Assembly (NCBI GenBank): GCA_030770535.1
Contig: JASVEC010000172.1
Span: 1-36,630 of the forward strand
Source: Batkoa obscura
Lineage: Eukaryota
Length of the DNA: 36,630 bases
Reading direction: 5' to 3'
Under the pieces are notes generated by a model. The model was not told the DNA's origin. It saw only the letters and a program-made list of their open reading frames with translations, and ran no database searches. This document shows positions 1-12,666 of this stretch, piece by piece. The position numbers and the translations under genes are program-made. The first letter of the stretch is position 1; every line of letters begins with the position of its first letter.

Positions 1-233
1 TTTCCTCCTCCTTTATACGGTGTATCATCAGGTCCAATAAATCTTACATAAAATTCTTGCATATTATCATTAACTAAATTGACATCGTAATCACTCATTA
101 AGCTAATTTAGAAAAGGTAAAAAGGTTAATAGTGAATAAGTGACTATAGAAATATATTTTATTATTATCGTTAAAAATAAATTACTTACAGCTTCATTAC
201 ATCTGTTTCAATTCTTCTTTTTGGGGATGACAT
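1..233 (-). CDS. UBC8: Ubiquitin-conjugating enzyme E2 (Ubc8/UBE2H), 5' part; continues beyond window start
   Basis: Exons 233-190 and 102-1 joined by a GTAAGT...TAG intron translate to [47 protein letters not shown], the typical Ubc8 N-terminus. Confidence 0.93.
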
Positions 234-824
234 TCTTTATTTCTTTATCTTTTATTTATTTCAGTATAAAAACTTTCAATTTCAAATTTGTGTGACTCTT
301 TTTTTATACATTACTTATCAGCTGAAATGTGGAGCTTAAAGCGAAGTTGCCAATTGGTGGAATTCTATAATTGCTTAACTTATGGCTTATTCATTTTCAA
401 ACTGAAGAATTAGAAAAATTCCTTATTTTGGTTAATTAACTAGTTCATTTTCAAGTGGTTAATTGTGCAGATTAGATGAAAATAAGATAGTTTGTTTAGA
501 CTTTTATATTGTATTAAAGTATTAGAAGTAACTATTATATAGTTGTGTATTTATGTGATTTTTTTAAAAAGTATGTTTTTATTATTTAGGGATTTAACAA
601 AATGAAATAATACATTATTACTATCTTTTAATAATCGATTCTTCATTCTATAATCAAAATCCTGTTTGTTAAAGCATTTTTTTTAAGTAACATTTCTTCT
701 AATAAAAATTGCTTGATCTTAATTGGTTCCAATTAGATTCTAATAGAATTCAACAAATTGAATATTTCGAAAAATATCTAAAATTCGTTTCTAAAAAAAA
801 CATAACTCAAGGTTGATAATTATA

Positions 825-1465
825 ATGACTGAACTTGGTGATTATGAAGTGGAATTTATAAACTATGCTCGCTATGGTGATCTAGATGAATTAAAACAAT
901 TACTCATAAAAGTGGGACCAAGTTTATTAAAATCCAAAGGTTTCAATCAAAATTCCGCTTTACATATGGCTGGGGCTAATGGTCATTTGGTAAGTTATTA
1001 ATTTTAATAATGATAATAAATCAATTTTTATAAGAGGAGTAAAGATGTTAGTAATTCGATTATTAATAAGAAATAATTTTATATATAGATATAATTGAAT
1101 ATTTATTATCCAGACCTGAAGGTAATGGAATTAATCAAGTAAATGGTAATGGAAACACAGCAATCCATTGGGCAGCCATGAATGGTCATAGAGAAGTAGT
1201 AGAGTGTTTTATTCAAAATGGAGCAGACTTAATGGTAAGTTCGGATCTCTTTATGATTTTTATGATCCTTTTGAGATTTTTTGAAAGTTAATGATTAATT
1301 ATAATTGTATAGATTAAAAATGAAATGGGTCGAACTGCTTTTACAGAAGCTAAAGGTGCAGGTCATGAAGAAGTTGCAGAATTAATTTTACAAAATATGA
1401 ATTTAGATGAAGAGGATAAAGATGAAGAAGAAGAAAAAGTAGAGGATGATAAAGAAATAGTATAA
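825..1465 (+). CDS. YAR1: Ankyrin-repeat protein, Yar1-like (Rps3 chaperone family), spliced
   Basis: ARYGDLDELK...NSALHMAGANGHL / GNTAIHWAAMNGHREVVECFIQNGAD / IKNEMGRTAFTEA...GHEEVAELIL plus acidic tail; at least 2 introns; first intron phase is unclear (see findings). Confidence 0.75.
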
Positions 1466-1657
1466 AGATAATGATAGTTGCGAATTTATGTTTTAAAGTT
1501 ATTTTTTCTGAATGATAAAGCTTAATATAAATAGAATAGAGTATATGAATGAATTATGAAAACTTTTTTATATTAAATAAAAAGTATATAAAATAAAATA
1601 ATTTGGGTTTTATTGTATAATAAAGAAGTATAGATAAGTTTTAGGTTCAAGTTTATT

Positions 1658-2592
1658 TTAATAGTCATCTAATTGTTGATTTAAAAGGTTAGTATTACGA
1701 ATACTTTTTCTTTCATCTTCATATTCTTCCATTTTATCTTTACTACTTTCTTGAATATCCAATAGTTCATGACCAATTAAAATATTTTCTAATTCTATAA
1801 CAATAATAATAATAAAATCATTAATCTGTCTATTTCTAACAAAATAATAATAATAATAGAATTACCTTTCTTTGATAAATTACAACCTGAATGTAAACTC
1901 GAAGCTAATCCAATTAATTGTTGTTTAACGTTTCCTTTATGATAACACAAAATTGTAGGTAAATTTTTATCTGGATAATTTTCAATACAAAGGTCCGAAA
2001 TTATTTTCACAAATTTAGTAGATTTATATTGTCTAGCTAATTCGGACAAATAGTGATTTAATTGACGACAAGCTAAATAACTATAATAATATAAATAAAG
2101 TTGATTAAATGATTCAGTAAAGAATAAGAAGTAGATGAAGTTTACCTATCTTTAAATAAATGTACAATAACAGGTGCATGTTCACTAGCTTCAGTTACTT
2201 CACGAATAAAATCAGGTCGATTAATTTGAATAATTTCACCATATTTTTGTTTAGAAGCTAATAATTTCATCTCTTGAAGTCTTTTTTCTCTATTAAAATA
2301 AAATCAGTTATATATTCCCCTCATAACTACACAAAATAACTAATTCGTTTTTCTCTTTAACTTACCTATAAATATTCAAAATACTTTCGTCTTCTAAATC
2401 TTCAAATTCATCTAACTCATCTAACTCATAATCCTCATATTTTTGATGACTATTTTGTTTAGCTTGATGTGCTTCTATGGCTTCTTCTAATGCTTTTTCA
2501 ACTAATTCTTCTTTACTTGGTTCTTTAGGTGGTAATATTCCTTTAGCTCTTAAAATATCATTCCATTCGGTATCTTCGTTAGGGTTTTGCAT
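1658..2592 (-). CDS. PLP2: Phosducin-like protein 2/3 (thioredoxin-like fold, CCT co-chaperone), 4 exons
   Basis: [79 protein letters not shown]; canonical introns. Confidence 0.9.
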
Positions 2593-2746
2593 TTTTATTA
2601 TTTTAGTTAAAAAGAAATAATTAAAAATCAAAGTTTATAGTTTCAGAAAATGACCAATCAATTAAGATTTCATCAAGCATTAGAAATTATAATAGCTCTT
2701 GGTATTCTTGATAATTTTAATGAGGTTTTAGTTATTTTAGTCAAAG

Positions 2747-3697
2747 ATGAAAATATTAGACAATAAAGAATTTCAAAAATTAAAATTTCAATTTACAGAT
2801 AACACTCAAGATCAATACCAAGAAAATCTAATTCTATTTTTACATGGTTTAGGTAAATCATTTTTAATGATATTATATATTATAATAATATATTTAATAA
2901 GTTTGATTTAGGTGATAATAATAAAAATTATTTTAATTTAGCTAAACAACTAAATTTACCACAATCCAGTATATTATCCGTACAAGCACCTTATAAATTA
3001 CCATTTACTTATGATCATGAAGAGATGTATATGTGGTGGGATAGCTTCAATCTTGAAGATGGAAGTGGTAAGCATTATTTATTTTTTATTAATATTGTTT
3101 ATTTATTTAAAATTTTAAAATTAGAACTTAATATAACACATAGAGATAAAAGTTATCAACAAAGTTTAACTTTATTAAAAGAATTATTAGACTACACTCA
3201 AAGTAAAGGTTATAAAATCAATAATACCTTTTTATTTGGTTATTCACAAGGAGGAACAATGGCTTTACAATTAGCTTTAGAATATCCATTACCATTATGC
3301 GGAGTCATTGCTATTGCTGCTTTACCTTTAGATAGTTTTCTAGAAAAACAAACACAACACAGCATGAGGGGATTTGATACTAAATTATTATTTATTATTG
3401 GAGATAAAGATAAAAAGAATACTAAAGCTATTTATACGAATAGTATTAATAAATTAAAGGATGTGGTGACAAAAGAATGGGATGAATATATTAAATTGAA
3501 GATTATTAAAGGAAAAGGTCATGAAATGAGTCATAAAAAAGTAATTAAATTCTTGTCTATTGACTAAACGTTGTTTATTTTTTTATTAGGAAGAAGTTGA
3601 TATTTGGATGGAGTTTTTTTCAAGTAATCTTAAATTGAGACAACCTCAACTTGAAGCTATGGCAGATGAAATTATAGAAATAAAAAGAGAAGAATAA
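2747..3697 (+). CDS. Phospholipase/carboxylesterase family alpha/beta hydrolase, 4 exons
   Basis: LILFLHGLGD, SVQAPY, nucleophile motif FGYSQGG, IIGDKD and GKGHEM catalytic segments; last exon ends ...IEIKREE-stop. Confidence 0.85.
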
Positions 3698-3767
3698 ATA
3701 GTAATTATTTTATTTTTATTTTTTATGATATAATTTAAATAATAAGCTTATTTTTTATTAAATTTTT

Positions 3768-5182
3768 TTATTCCAATTCACCACAATCAATAATTGTAAT
3801 TTTACGTTGAGGTTTACCACTTTCACTACCGAACTGTTCCATTTTTTTAACTACATCTAAACCAGATTCTACATAACCAAATACTACATGTTTATTATCT
3901 AACCTAAGTAATATAATAATATATGTAATTTAATATTGTTAACATATATTATGTGATATTAGAATTACCATTCTGTTGGTCCAGTACAAATAAAAAACTG
4001 AGAACCGTTAGTATTTGGACCTGAATTGGCCATTGATAAAGTACCTAATCCTGAATGTTTTAACTGAAAATTTTCATCTTCAAATTTATTTCCATAAATC
4101 GATTTTCCACCAGTCCCATTATAATTTGTAAAATCACCTATTTAATGTTATTATTTGCTATTCAATATTGTTTTATATGCTTATTATTTATTACCTCCTT
4201 GACACATAAATTTTGGTATTACCTAAAACATTCTATTAATATTTAGTATTTATTTTTGAACTATCAATTTACCCTATGAAATACCGATTTCTTATAACCA
4301 TATCCTTTTTCATTAGTACACCTTATTGAAAAATATTAACACTTTACTTATAAAACTATAAAACTATATTAATTACAATGCTCTAAAATTCCTATTATTA
4401 AAATATTAATATTAATGTTATAATAAAAATAATAAAAAATATTTACTCTGCTGTTTTTGGTACCACATCAGCCCTTAATACCATTACTATTCTACCTACT
4501 GTTTCACCACCAATTGTAATATCAAAAAATACTCTTTTTGAAAATTGTTATTAATTTATAAATGTAAAAATAAACTTTAAATTACTTTGGATTCTTTTTC
4601 TTATTCTCCCCCTCTTTTTTATCCCCATCTTCCTTTTTATTTTCGATTCTATTTTCTTCTTGTCTATTAGTTCCATATTCTTGTAACCAAGAGTCTTCAG
4701 TCCAAACTAAAATAAAAAATATTTAATATCAACCAATCCCACAAAAACAATAAAAATCCCTAAACTTACCAGCTTTGATCGAATATTGATTGACTCTAGT
4801 ATTAGTAGCAATGTTGACTTTCAAAACTTTACCATACAATTCGGATAAATGTAAATTATCTACAGCAGCTAAAGCATCTTCACTATCTTCATATTCCACA
4901 AAACCAAAGCCTCGATGGACTAACCCTAAAGATGGATAAATTTGGTTTATTTTTTTGTTTATAGTGAAAAATTCATTCTTACACCTCGATGGGTTACTCG
5001 GTATTTGTACTTGTACTATATCTCCAAATGGAATGCAAGTATCATATAATATCTGTTCATTGACTTGTTCATCAAAGCCACCTAAATTAAGGGTTAGAAT
5101 ATGTCTATTATTTAATAAGAAAATGTTGCTTTTTACCTACAAATATAGTATTCGTTTTTCGATCTTTTATAGAGTTATTCAT
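3768..5182 (-). CDS. PPIE: RRM plus cyclophilin peptidyl-prolyl isomerase E (CYP33), multi-exon
   Basis: N-terminal RRM (TIFVGGFDEQV...[37 protein letters not shown]) then cyclophilin ([59 protein letters not shown]). Confidence 0.93.
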
Positions 5183-5320
5183 TTAGGATTGAAAATTTTA
5201 TTAAAAAAGATACTTTTGATTTTTTTGAAATTGAAGTTCTCTAATTTTTCTATTTTGCAGTAAAATTAAAATAAGAAAAGGACATATTTTCTTTTCACTG
5301 TTTTTAAATCTTTTATAAAA

Positions 5321-5898
5321 ATGACTCATTTAAAAATCCTTGGTCAAACATTAGGTCAACAGATTAATTACAAAATCCAAAGTGCCAATTATTTAACTAA
5401 GAAAGATATTAATACAGTTTATCAATGGTTTATGACTCAGGGCCAAGTAATTACATTTGAACAGCATAGGGTAAGTGAAAGATTTTAAATTAGCTCTTCA
5501 TTTTTAATTATTTCGATGTATGTTATGGGATTAATTGAGCTGATTTCGATTTATTTAGAGTTTACATGATGACAAATTATTACCTACCGGTCGAGTTATT
5601 TATAAAATATTAGATGATAAAAAAGTGAATTTAAAAAAGTATTATAAATTGGATAAATTTGAACTTCATATCTTAGATAATTCAAAAAGAAGTAAGTGCT
5701 TTTATTTTTGCTTATTTATTTATGAATTTAAAGCTAGATCGAATTAAATGTTTACTCTTTTTTTAAATACATTTTATAGAGGATATCAAATTAGATTTAT
5801 CCAAAGTACCACCTAAGTTTGAATTTTTTAGTAAAGATTTTGAAATGAAGGATTATGTTTCTAATCTTTGTAAATTTGAAGCAATGAAAAAAGAGTAG
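5321..5898 (+). CDS. Hypothetical basic protein, 3 exons
   Basis: ATG at 5321; two GTAAGT...TAG introns keep the frame: MTHLKILGQ...TVYQWFMTQGQVITFEQHR / SLHDDKLLPTGRVIYK... / KDIKLDLSKVPPKFEFFSKDF...AMKKE-stop. Confidence 0.6.
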
Positions 5899-6463
5899 AT
5901 TTGAAGATTCTAGAAGGTCTTAGATTAGTAAGACCAAAAGAAATCAACTATTTGTTTTGCATTAAGGTCGATTCGACTTAAGATGGTTGGTTATAGAGAT
6001 ATTTTAATTATATTTTGATACATGCTAAAGAAATAAATTGGTAATGTTCATTAAGTTATATATTTGAATCTATTTGTTAATGAGATTCAATTTAAATGAT
6101 TTGATGATAAGTTTTATTTAATTTTTGAATTTATTATAATATATTGGCTTTAGATAGTAAGTGTATTTAAGTCAATAATATTTATTTATAAAGGATTACT
6201 ACAGCTTGTCAAATGATTACCTTTAATTAAATCTAGTCTATTATGTTTAAATATTACTTCTATTAAATTGATTTTCGAATTTTTCATATCATGATAACGA
6301 TTTTTATAGATTTGAAATATAATATTAAAACCAATAAATTATAAGTTATTGCTATTAGTTGATATTCATATACATTAATCATCTAATATGAAAAACCAAG
6401 CCTTTTATCATACAATCTTAAAGTGGTCAAATCTAAACACTTAAGTGAATACGAAAATCATAT

Positions 6464-6561
6464 GGGGATGTTTTTTTCGGTTTCATTATTTTTCCATTTT
6501 TTAAGCGCTATTTGAGCGAAAGAATTGTTAGCAAAGTTCTTAAACATAAAAATACATTCTC
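6464..6561 (-). mobile_element. ~98-bp MITE family copy
   Basis: Reverse complement of family consensus; ATAT on both flanks. Confidence 0.85.
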
Positions 6562-6653
6562 ATATAATAACAATTTAGTTGTATAAATAAGAAATGAAGT
6601 AAACTGAAGATTAAACAATTTAATTTAATATCGTTTTTTTAACTCAAAGTGTT

Positions 6654-7048
6654 ATGGACAGTTTATATATTGAAATTGGCTTAGATGGTTCCATCCTACC
6701 CTTATATTAATCTGATAACTCAAATCATACAAATAAAACAGTTATTATAAATCAATCTGAAATTTTACAATTAAGCAGATAAGAGATAATTATGCTAGTA
6801 TGTTCTATTTGAAAATAAACAAATAATCACTAAAATTGAATATGAACCTAAATTTAAACCGTTTCTTATTTTTCTTATTTTTTTCACTTGGAAGTCCCAT
6901 CATCTCTAAATCACTCGAAGCAATAATTTTTATGTTTATAGCTATCTTTACTTTCCCTTTACTTTATTTGGTGATTATGTGTCATCCAACTTTTAATGAA
7001 ATTCATCATTGTCCTTCTAGTGATAGGGTTATTGCTATTACTGAATAA
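6654..7048 (+). pseudogene. LITAF-domain paralogue, pseudogene
   Basis: MDSLYIE...LPLY then stop; IINQSEILQLSR stop; frameshift near CLFENK; ends NEIHHCPSSDRVIAITE. Confidence 0.8.
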
Positions 7049-7191
7049 AACTAACATATCTGATTTTTATTTATATCCTTCTTTATTTAAAATAATGCTT
7101 TGTTTTATAAAATTGTTAAATCTAGCCATCAGATTCATTTATAGAACAAAAGTAAATATCTAAAACATTATACTTGTCAAAGTAAACATAT

Positions 7192-7289
7192 GGGAGTGTT
7201 TTTTTGACTTCATTAGTTTTTTCATTTTTTAAGCGCTATTTAAGTGGAAAATTTCTTAGCAAATTTCTTAAACACAAAAATACATCCCC
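7192..7289 (-). mobile_element. ~98-bp MITE family copy
   Basis: Full length, ATAT on both flanks. Confidence 0.85.
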
Positions 7290-7443
7290 ATATATCTAAA
7301 ATGCCTAAAACTGAATAAAATTTCAAATAATTATAAAAATGTAATATATTTCTATATATAGCAGTAATATTATTTTAAATTAAAAGACAATAACTTAATT
7401 AAGCTTAAATGATTTTTTGATTTAACAATAGTAACTATTATAT

Positions 7444-7496
7444 GGGGATGTGTTTTTTGTTTAAGAATTTTACTGACAATTTTTCCACTCAAATAC
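7444..7496 (+). mobile_element. MITE 5' half, interrupted by LTR-like insert
   Basis: GGGGATGTGTTTTTTGTTTAAGAATTTTACTGACAATTTTTCCACTCAAATA, preceded by ATAT. Confidence 0.8.
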
Positions 7497-7499
7497 CAT

Positions 7500-7963
7500 T
7501 GTGAAATGTCGCTTTGTCAGCCCCATGGTTAATTATAGCATAATAATCGCCTAAGCTGTCGTGTTCTCAATTATAGAGACAATTAGTCCCATGCTCTTAT
7601 TCTGATTTGTTAACAGAATTTCTATCTTCGTCTCAAAGAATATTCTCTCCTCGTTTTGATATTTATACTTATCGGAGTACAAAAGAGATTCTAAAACATA
7701 ATAGTTCGAGGCTTTTTAACTGAATTATTCCCTAATATCTCGGACATTTAATAAAGCCACCAAGTTTTCTTAATAGTATTTTACATAGGTTTTACATTAG
7801 TATTGTCTATTCTATTTGTCTTATATAGCTTGTAACCTATTACGTGCTATTCCTCATAATCTAAGTCTATCTTAGTCACATAAACTAAGACCTTTCGACT
7901 TATAGTGTAGTCAACCCAGCAATAGCTGTTCTTGACTCCAAACCCTGAGTACCAGATTTCACA
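7500..7963. mobile_element. Probable solo LTR (464 bp)
   Basis: Begins TGTGAAAT and ends ATTTCACA (perfect 8-bp inverted termini, TG...CA); GC richer than flanks; TATA-like GCTATATAAG on minus strand near 7820; no long ORF. Confidence 0.6.
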
Positions 7964-7989
7964 GCTCTTGAATTAAAAAACACATCCCC
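7964..7989 (-). mobile_element. MITE 5' end in reverse orientation
   Basis: Reverse complement reads GGGGATGTGTTTTTTAATTCAAGAGC, matching the MITE left end; followed by ATAT. Confidence 0.65.
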
Positions 7990-8045
7990 ATATATCAAAT
8001 AATTTCAAAAATACAACAAAAAGAACAAATTCATATAATATATCT

Positions 8046-8140
8046 GGGGATGTGTTTTTTGTTCAAGATTTTACTACAATCTTTCCACTCAAATAGCACT
8101 TAAAAGATGGAAAAAGTAATGAAGCCAAAAAAACACCCCC
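8046..8140 (+). mobile_element. ~98-bp MITE family copy
   Basis: Matches consensus; flanks ATCT/ATAT. Confidence 0.85.
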
Positions 8141-8172
8141 ATATGCTTATTGAATAATTAAGAAAAGTTATT

Positions 8173-8266
8173 TAAAAATAAAAATAAAAATAAAAATAAA
8201 AATAAAAATAAAAATAAAAATAAAAATAAAAATAAAAATAAAATAAAATAAAAATAAAAATAAAAT
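8173..8266. repeat. (TAAAAA)n hexamer microsatellite
   Basis: About 15 tandem TAAAAA/TAAAA units. Confidence 0.9.
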
Positions 8267-9261
8267 TAAAAAGTTACATAAATCCTATAATAATACTTAA
8301 AAAATATATTTAATAAAGCTATTAAAAAATTAAATAATAAAAGTCATAATATTTTTAAACTCTAAATAAAATACAAAAATAAATCCAAGTTTAATAATTT
8401 TAAACTACTATAATAAACAAGATATATGAGTATTAAAGCTTAATATTTTATATCTAAAAAGCTTGTAAATAATCTTGCTTAAATAATACTTAAAAAAAAA
8501 GGTAATGAAGCTAAAAAAAGATTTTTGTATTACATATTTAAAGAAATTTATAAGATAAACAATAGCCCAAAAAAATTAATTCCAACTCCCTTGCTAAATA
8601 TCACAAAAAAAATATAGTTTATAAACATCTTAAAAAAATTAATAATTTTAAAGCATTAAATAGAATAAAGCATATTAGTTAGTTAATTTTAAAATTAGAT
8701 GTTTTTATTTTTGGACATAATAAAACTAATAATTTAATTATCAATAATAAGAAAACATGTAATTTTTAAAAAGTATAAAAGTATAAGAAACATAACATAT
8801 TAAAAAGTATTGTATTTTAGTTAATGTAATAATAAGCTACATTATTACTTAGTATTCAACAAACTAAAAAAATTTGATATCATTCTAATTGAAGTTACAA
8901 AGTTTATAAAAAGTAAAAAAATAAAAAAATAAACCTTAGCTTATTTTATAATAATAAACATTTGCTAATGAAATTTTATAAAAAAATGTATTTATTTACA
9001 TAATATAACTTTTATTAATATCAATATATAGACTATATTGGTAAAAACCTTGCTAATCCAGGAATTTTTATCAAATTTAGTAGAAATTCAGCTAATTTTA
9101 TAATATAAATCATAATAAAATAATTTAAAATTATAGAGTACTTTCACTTTTTAGTAATTTATTTTTTATAAAGCTTTAAGCAAAGTTGGTACAAAATGTT
9201 TAAAATTGGGTTTTATTTTAATACCACTACTTTATTGATTACTCTATCCATAATTCAGAAC

Positions 9262-11524
9262 TCAAAAATTGGATGAAAAAATGGAACTAATTCGGATATC
9301 CCAATGAAGATTTTGGACTTGGTGAGCACAACCAGCTGGTATAGGTACTGCATCACCAGATTTTTGATAAATTTGGCGACCTATTACATTATAGTCATTT
9401 ACAAGGTCTTCTGGGTCTTTTTCAGTCAAATAAACAGCTTGGTCATAAATTAGATGAAAATTCACATAATCTCTCTTATATTTTAATATGAATTTTTTAA
9501 GCATCCCTGTATTCTCTTTCAAAAATGTGTCACAAAGCATCTGGTTCATTCGAAATGCCTAAGGAGTAGTTCATTATATTAACGGCATCTGCGGCATGCA
9601 AATGAAGTGGTGTGGTGCTAAATTTCTTACTATTTTTGTAATAATAGGAATTGTACATTTTTGGTCCCAGATCTGGGACAACGTGAATATCTGGCAGATA
9701 TGAAACTAGTTTAAACTTACTATCATATCTCATATACTCTGGAAATGCCATAAGGTTCACAAAATCGTTATAAAGCCATTCAAAGGATACTTTGAAGCTT
9801 GTGGCAGATTGTTAACTCTTATTCTTGGTTGGTATATGTTTTCTGTTCATTTAGACTCCTCTGTCCTAATTATTAAAGTTGATAAAAAGACCTTTTAAAT
9901 TTAAGCTATCATCTTTTTATTATTTAAATAAACAATTTTTTAACTTTTACATAATACTTGACAAAGAATGAAGGATCCGCTGCATACCTTAATGAGCTTA
10001 TATCTAGCAGGCTTACCATCGGAGTACCTTTTCTTCATTTTACTTGAAAATAGGCTGACTCAATAAATTCTCTTTTTGCAAATCAGTAGGGATGGGTGGG
10101 ATAATCAAGATTAGGTAACAACTCACTTCTTATGCTTTCCTGACTATTTGAAATATCAGCTGGGTTGTATACAAGGACAGGATCATAAAAGTTTTTAAAT
10201 TGTTTTGATGTGTAATCAGAAAACGGTAAAAGCACTCTACGTGTGTAGAAGCTACTTTTTGATCTACAAGAGATAGTACAATTAAAAAGGTTTTTTTGAC
10301 ACCAAATTCATCATAAAATTCTTTATAACATAAAGCGTATAGCTCAACACCACATCTATGACACATATAGAAAAAGGAGAATATTGAAGCTCTACATTTA
10401 TTACTAAGCTGTGCTATAGACTGAGTCATTTTATGATAATACATGTCATTTCCAGATTCCTTATAAACTTCAATTTTATTTTTAATACTTCTTTTAATGC
10501 TAAATTGCTATATTTTTCTACATATTTGTATCTTTCATTTCTAGCTTCATTATTATATATAATTAGTGACGCTATTAGTAAGTTGGGAGGCCTGAATGGA
10601 TTTATATTCCTTGCTTATTTTCCTGAATCATTTCTTTGCTTTCATCTTCATTTTCAAGTATAGTTACTCATTCTATTGCTACTTGGGTCAGGTTATAGCA
10701 TTCAGTTCCACCCGTATTAGGAGAATCTTCGAGTTTAGCGCTATCCGGCACTATATTCTCCTGGGATTTACTTAATCTGGGTAAGTTTTTTTGGGTCATT
10801 TCTTTTGTAGCTACTTTGTTGCTTTTAAGGATTGAATCAGGATTATTATCATTATCTTTAATTGAGAGGAAAACAGTAAAATTGAGGATATAATGCCTTT
10901 ATCAAAGTATTGAATTTCAAAAAACGTTAAAAGGGAATCTGGATTGTATTCAAACTCATTTTTTCTGAACATTCACTAAGATTCTTTACAAACTCGAACC
11001 AGTTCAATAATCAAGTTTTAAAAAATGACTATTAACGATACAATTTAAAATTTAAATCTATTGAGTTTTGAAATTGAAGCTTGAATTCTTCATAGGTGGA
11101 GCGTAAGGTAAAAATAAGTTGTCCTCCTTTTGGCGATGATATTGGATTAAAATTAAATTCACAAATAATTTTCTTGTCTTTTCCATGTAATCTTTTAATA
11201 AGGATGTTTGAAATCAAAAGCATCAATAAAGGTACTTCATCTTTGTCAAATAATGTATTGGATTCTTTTATTTTTTTGTAGCTATCTCAATAAGATTCCT
11301 CTTTTCGGCTTATTTTTTTGTTGCTTTTAAACCTTGCATTGCATTTTCAATTGGTTCTCATCCTTTTTGAATACTTTATAGATGGCTCACACTTCTTTAA
11401 TCTTGTTAACATGCTCATTAAATAAAATGTTGACATCAAACTTTTCAAAAGCAAAAGGAGATATATACTTCAACTTTAATGCTTCTGATTACCTCTTCAG
11501 CTTTATCAACAGTTTCTTATACAT
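9262..11524 (-). pseudogene. KDM3/JMJD1-like JmjC demethylase pseudogene, copy A
   Basis: Fragments in several frames: zinc finger (KCRASIFSFFYMCHRCGVELYALCY), PDLGPKMYNSY, TTPLHLHAADAVNIM, IYDQAVYL, QKSGDAVPIPAGCAHQVQNL; many stops and frameshifts, no evident introns. Confidence 0.85.
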
Positions 11525-11725
11525 TTATTTTAATTACAGCTTGTAATTGATTAAAAGTCTTTATTTTTATACTTTTTTATGACATTCCCAATTGTTCTAT
11601 TAGCTAAACTTGAAATTTAGATTCGAAAAAAAACTCAGATCAAGACCATATCGAATTCATATAATACTTATATTGATTTTACTTGACCTTTGAGGTGATA
11701 AAAAAGCTTTACTGCCTTTTTTTAG

Positions 11726-12329
11726 AGCTATCAAGCTTACAATCTTAAAAAATATTGACTAACTTTTAAATAGAAAATAAGATGATACTTTCTCCAGTAA
11801 CTTAGTATCTTTTAAAAATATATATTAATGTAATTTAAAGATGTAAACTAGCTTAAGAACTCGAGACATTTGCTCAGTTATTGGCATTTCCTTATAATTG
11901 TTAATGATTAGATATACATTTCGCATCTTTACATCAACTTATATCTTCAAACCTACATTGGCAGTTCCCTTAAAACTGATGAAAATATTAGAGCTTTTTC
12001 ATTTACTTTAAGACATCTTTTGTCATGTGATCTTAAACCTGTAAAGTTAAATATTTAAAATAAAAAACCGTATTGTAACAATATATAAAGAAAGAAAGAA
12101 AGAAAAAAAAATAACAGTTTAATTCTAAAGTAATTTTTAAAGTCAAAAACTTATGGATAACATAGATGTTGAAAGTGGCAAATTGAATCAATCTCCACCA
12201 TCATATATGGCAATTGGTTCATCTCATTCAAATCAAACTATACTTATAAGACAACCTGAAATCTTAGAACTAAGTAGAAGGGGAGTAGCCATTTTAGTTT
12301 GTCCATTCGAAAATAAGGAAGTAACTACT
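11726..12329 (+). repeat. Near-identical direct repeat, copy 1 (partner 17111-17817)
   Basis: 604 bp; only 2 substitutions found by eye versus copy 2 once the 103-bp MITE plus TSD is removed. Confidence 0.92.
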
Positions 12330-12569
12330 AAACTTAAATATAAACTTAATAAAAATAGATGGATCTGTTTATTTTATAGTTCCTTAATAAGTCTTATGAT
12401 CCTATCGGAGTCTGATTCCTATACCGCTGTGCTTCCTTATTTTCTAATCAATGGTTTTATTTTTCTTATAAGTATTCTAGATAGTAATTGTTATGATGAG
12501 ATCCATCTCTGTTCTTCTTGCGATAGAGTTGTTGCTATTGCTAAAGAGAATAATAATGTAGATGAGTAA
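12153..12569 (+). CDS. LITAF-like zinc ribbon membrane protein
   Basis: PPSY motif, VCPFENKEVTT, long hydrophobic segment, EIHLCSSCDRVVA; intronless, 138 aa. Confidence 0.82.
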   Translation: MDNIDVESGKLNQSPPSYMAIGSSHSNQTILIRQPEILELSRRGVAILVCPFENKEVTTKLKYKLNKNRWICLFYSSLISLMILSESDSYTAVLPYFLINGFIFLISILDSNCYDEIHLCSSCDRVVAIAKENNNVDE

Positions 12570-12666
12570 AATGTGGATCGTTTCCTGATTTACTATTAAC
12601 TATACTATAGCTCTTAGTTATGAACTATTGGATGATATCACTGTAATTTTTTGAAAATAAAAATAA

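Noticed and set aside
3068..3124. In-frame read-through in the 180-aa hydrolase ORF
   Set aside because: Better explained as a 57-nt stop-free GTAAGC...TAG intron; no evidence for retention
4955..5263. 102-aa plus-strand ORF
   Set aside because: Antisense shadow of the PPIE 5' exons
8173..8266. (TAAAAA)n as an interstitial telomeric repeat
   Set aside because: Lacks G/C runs; ordinary AT-rich microsatellite
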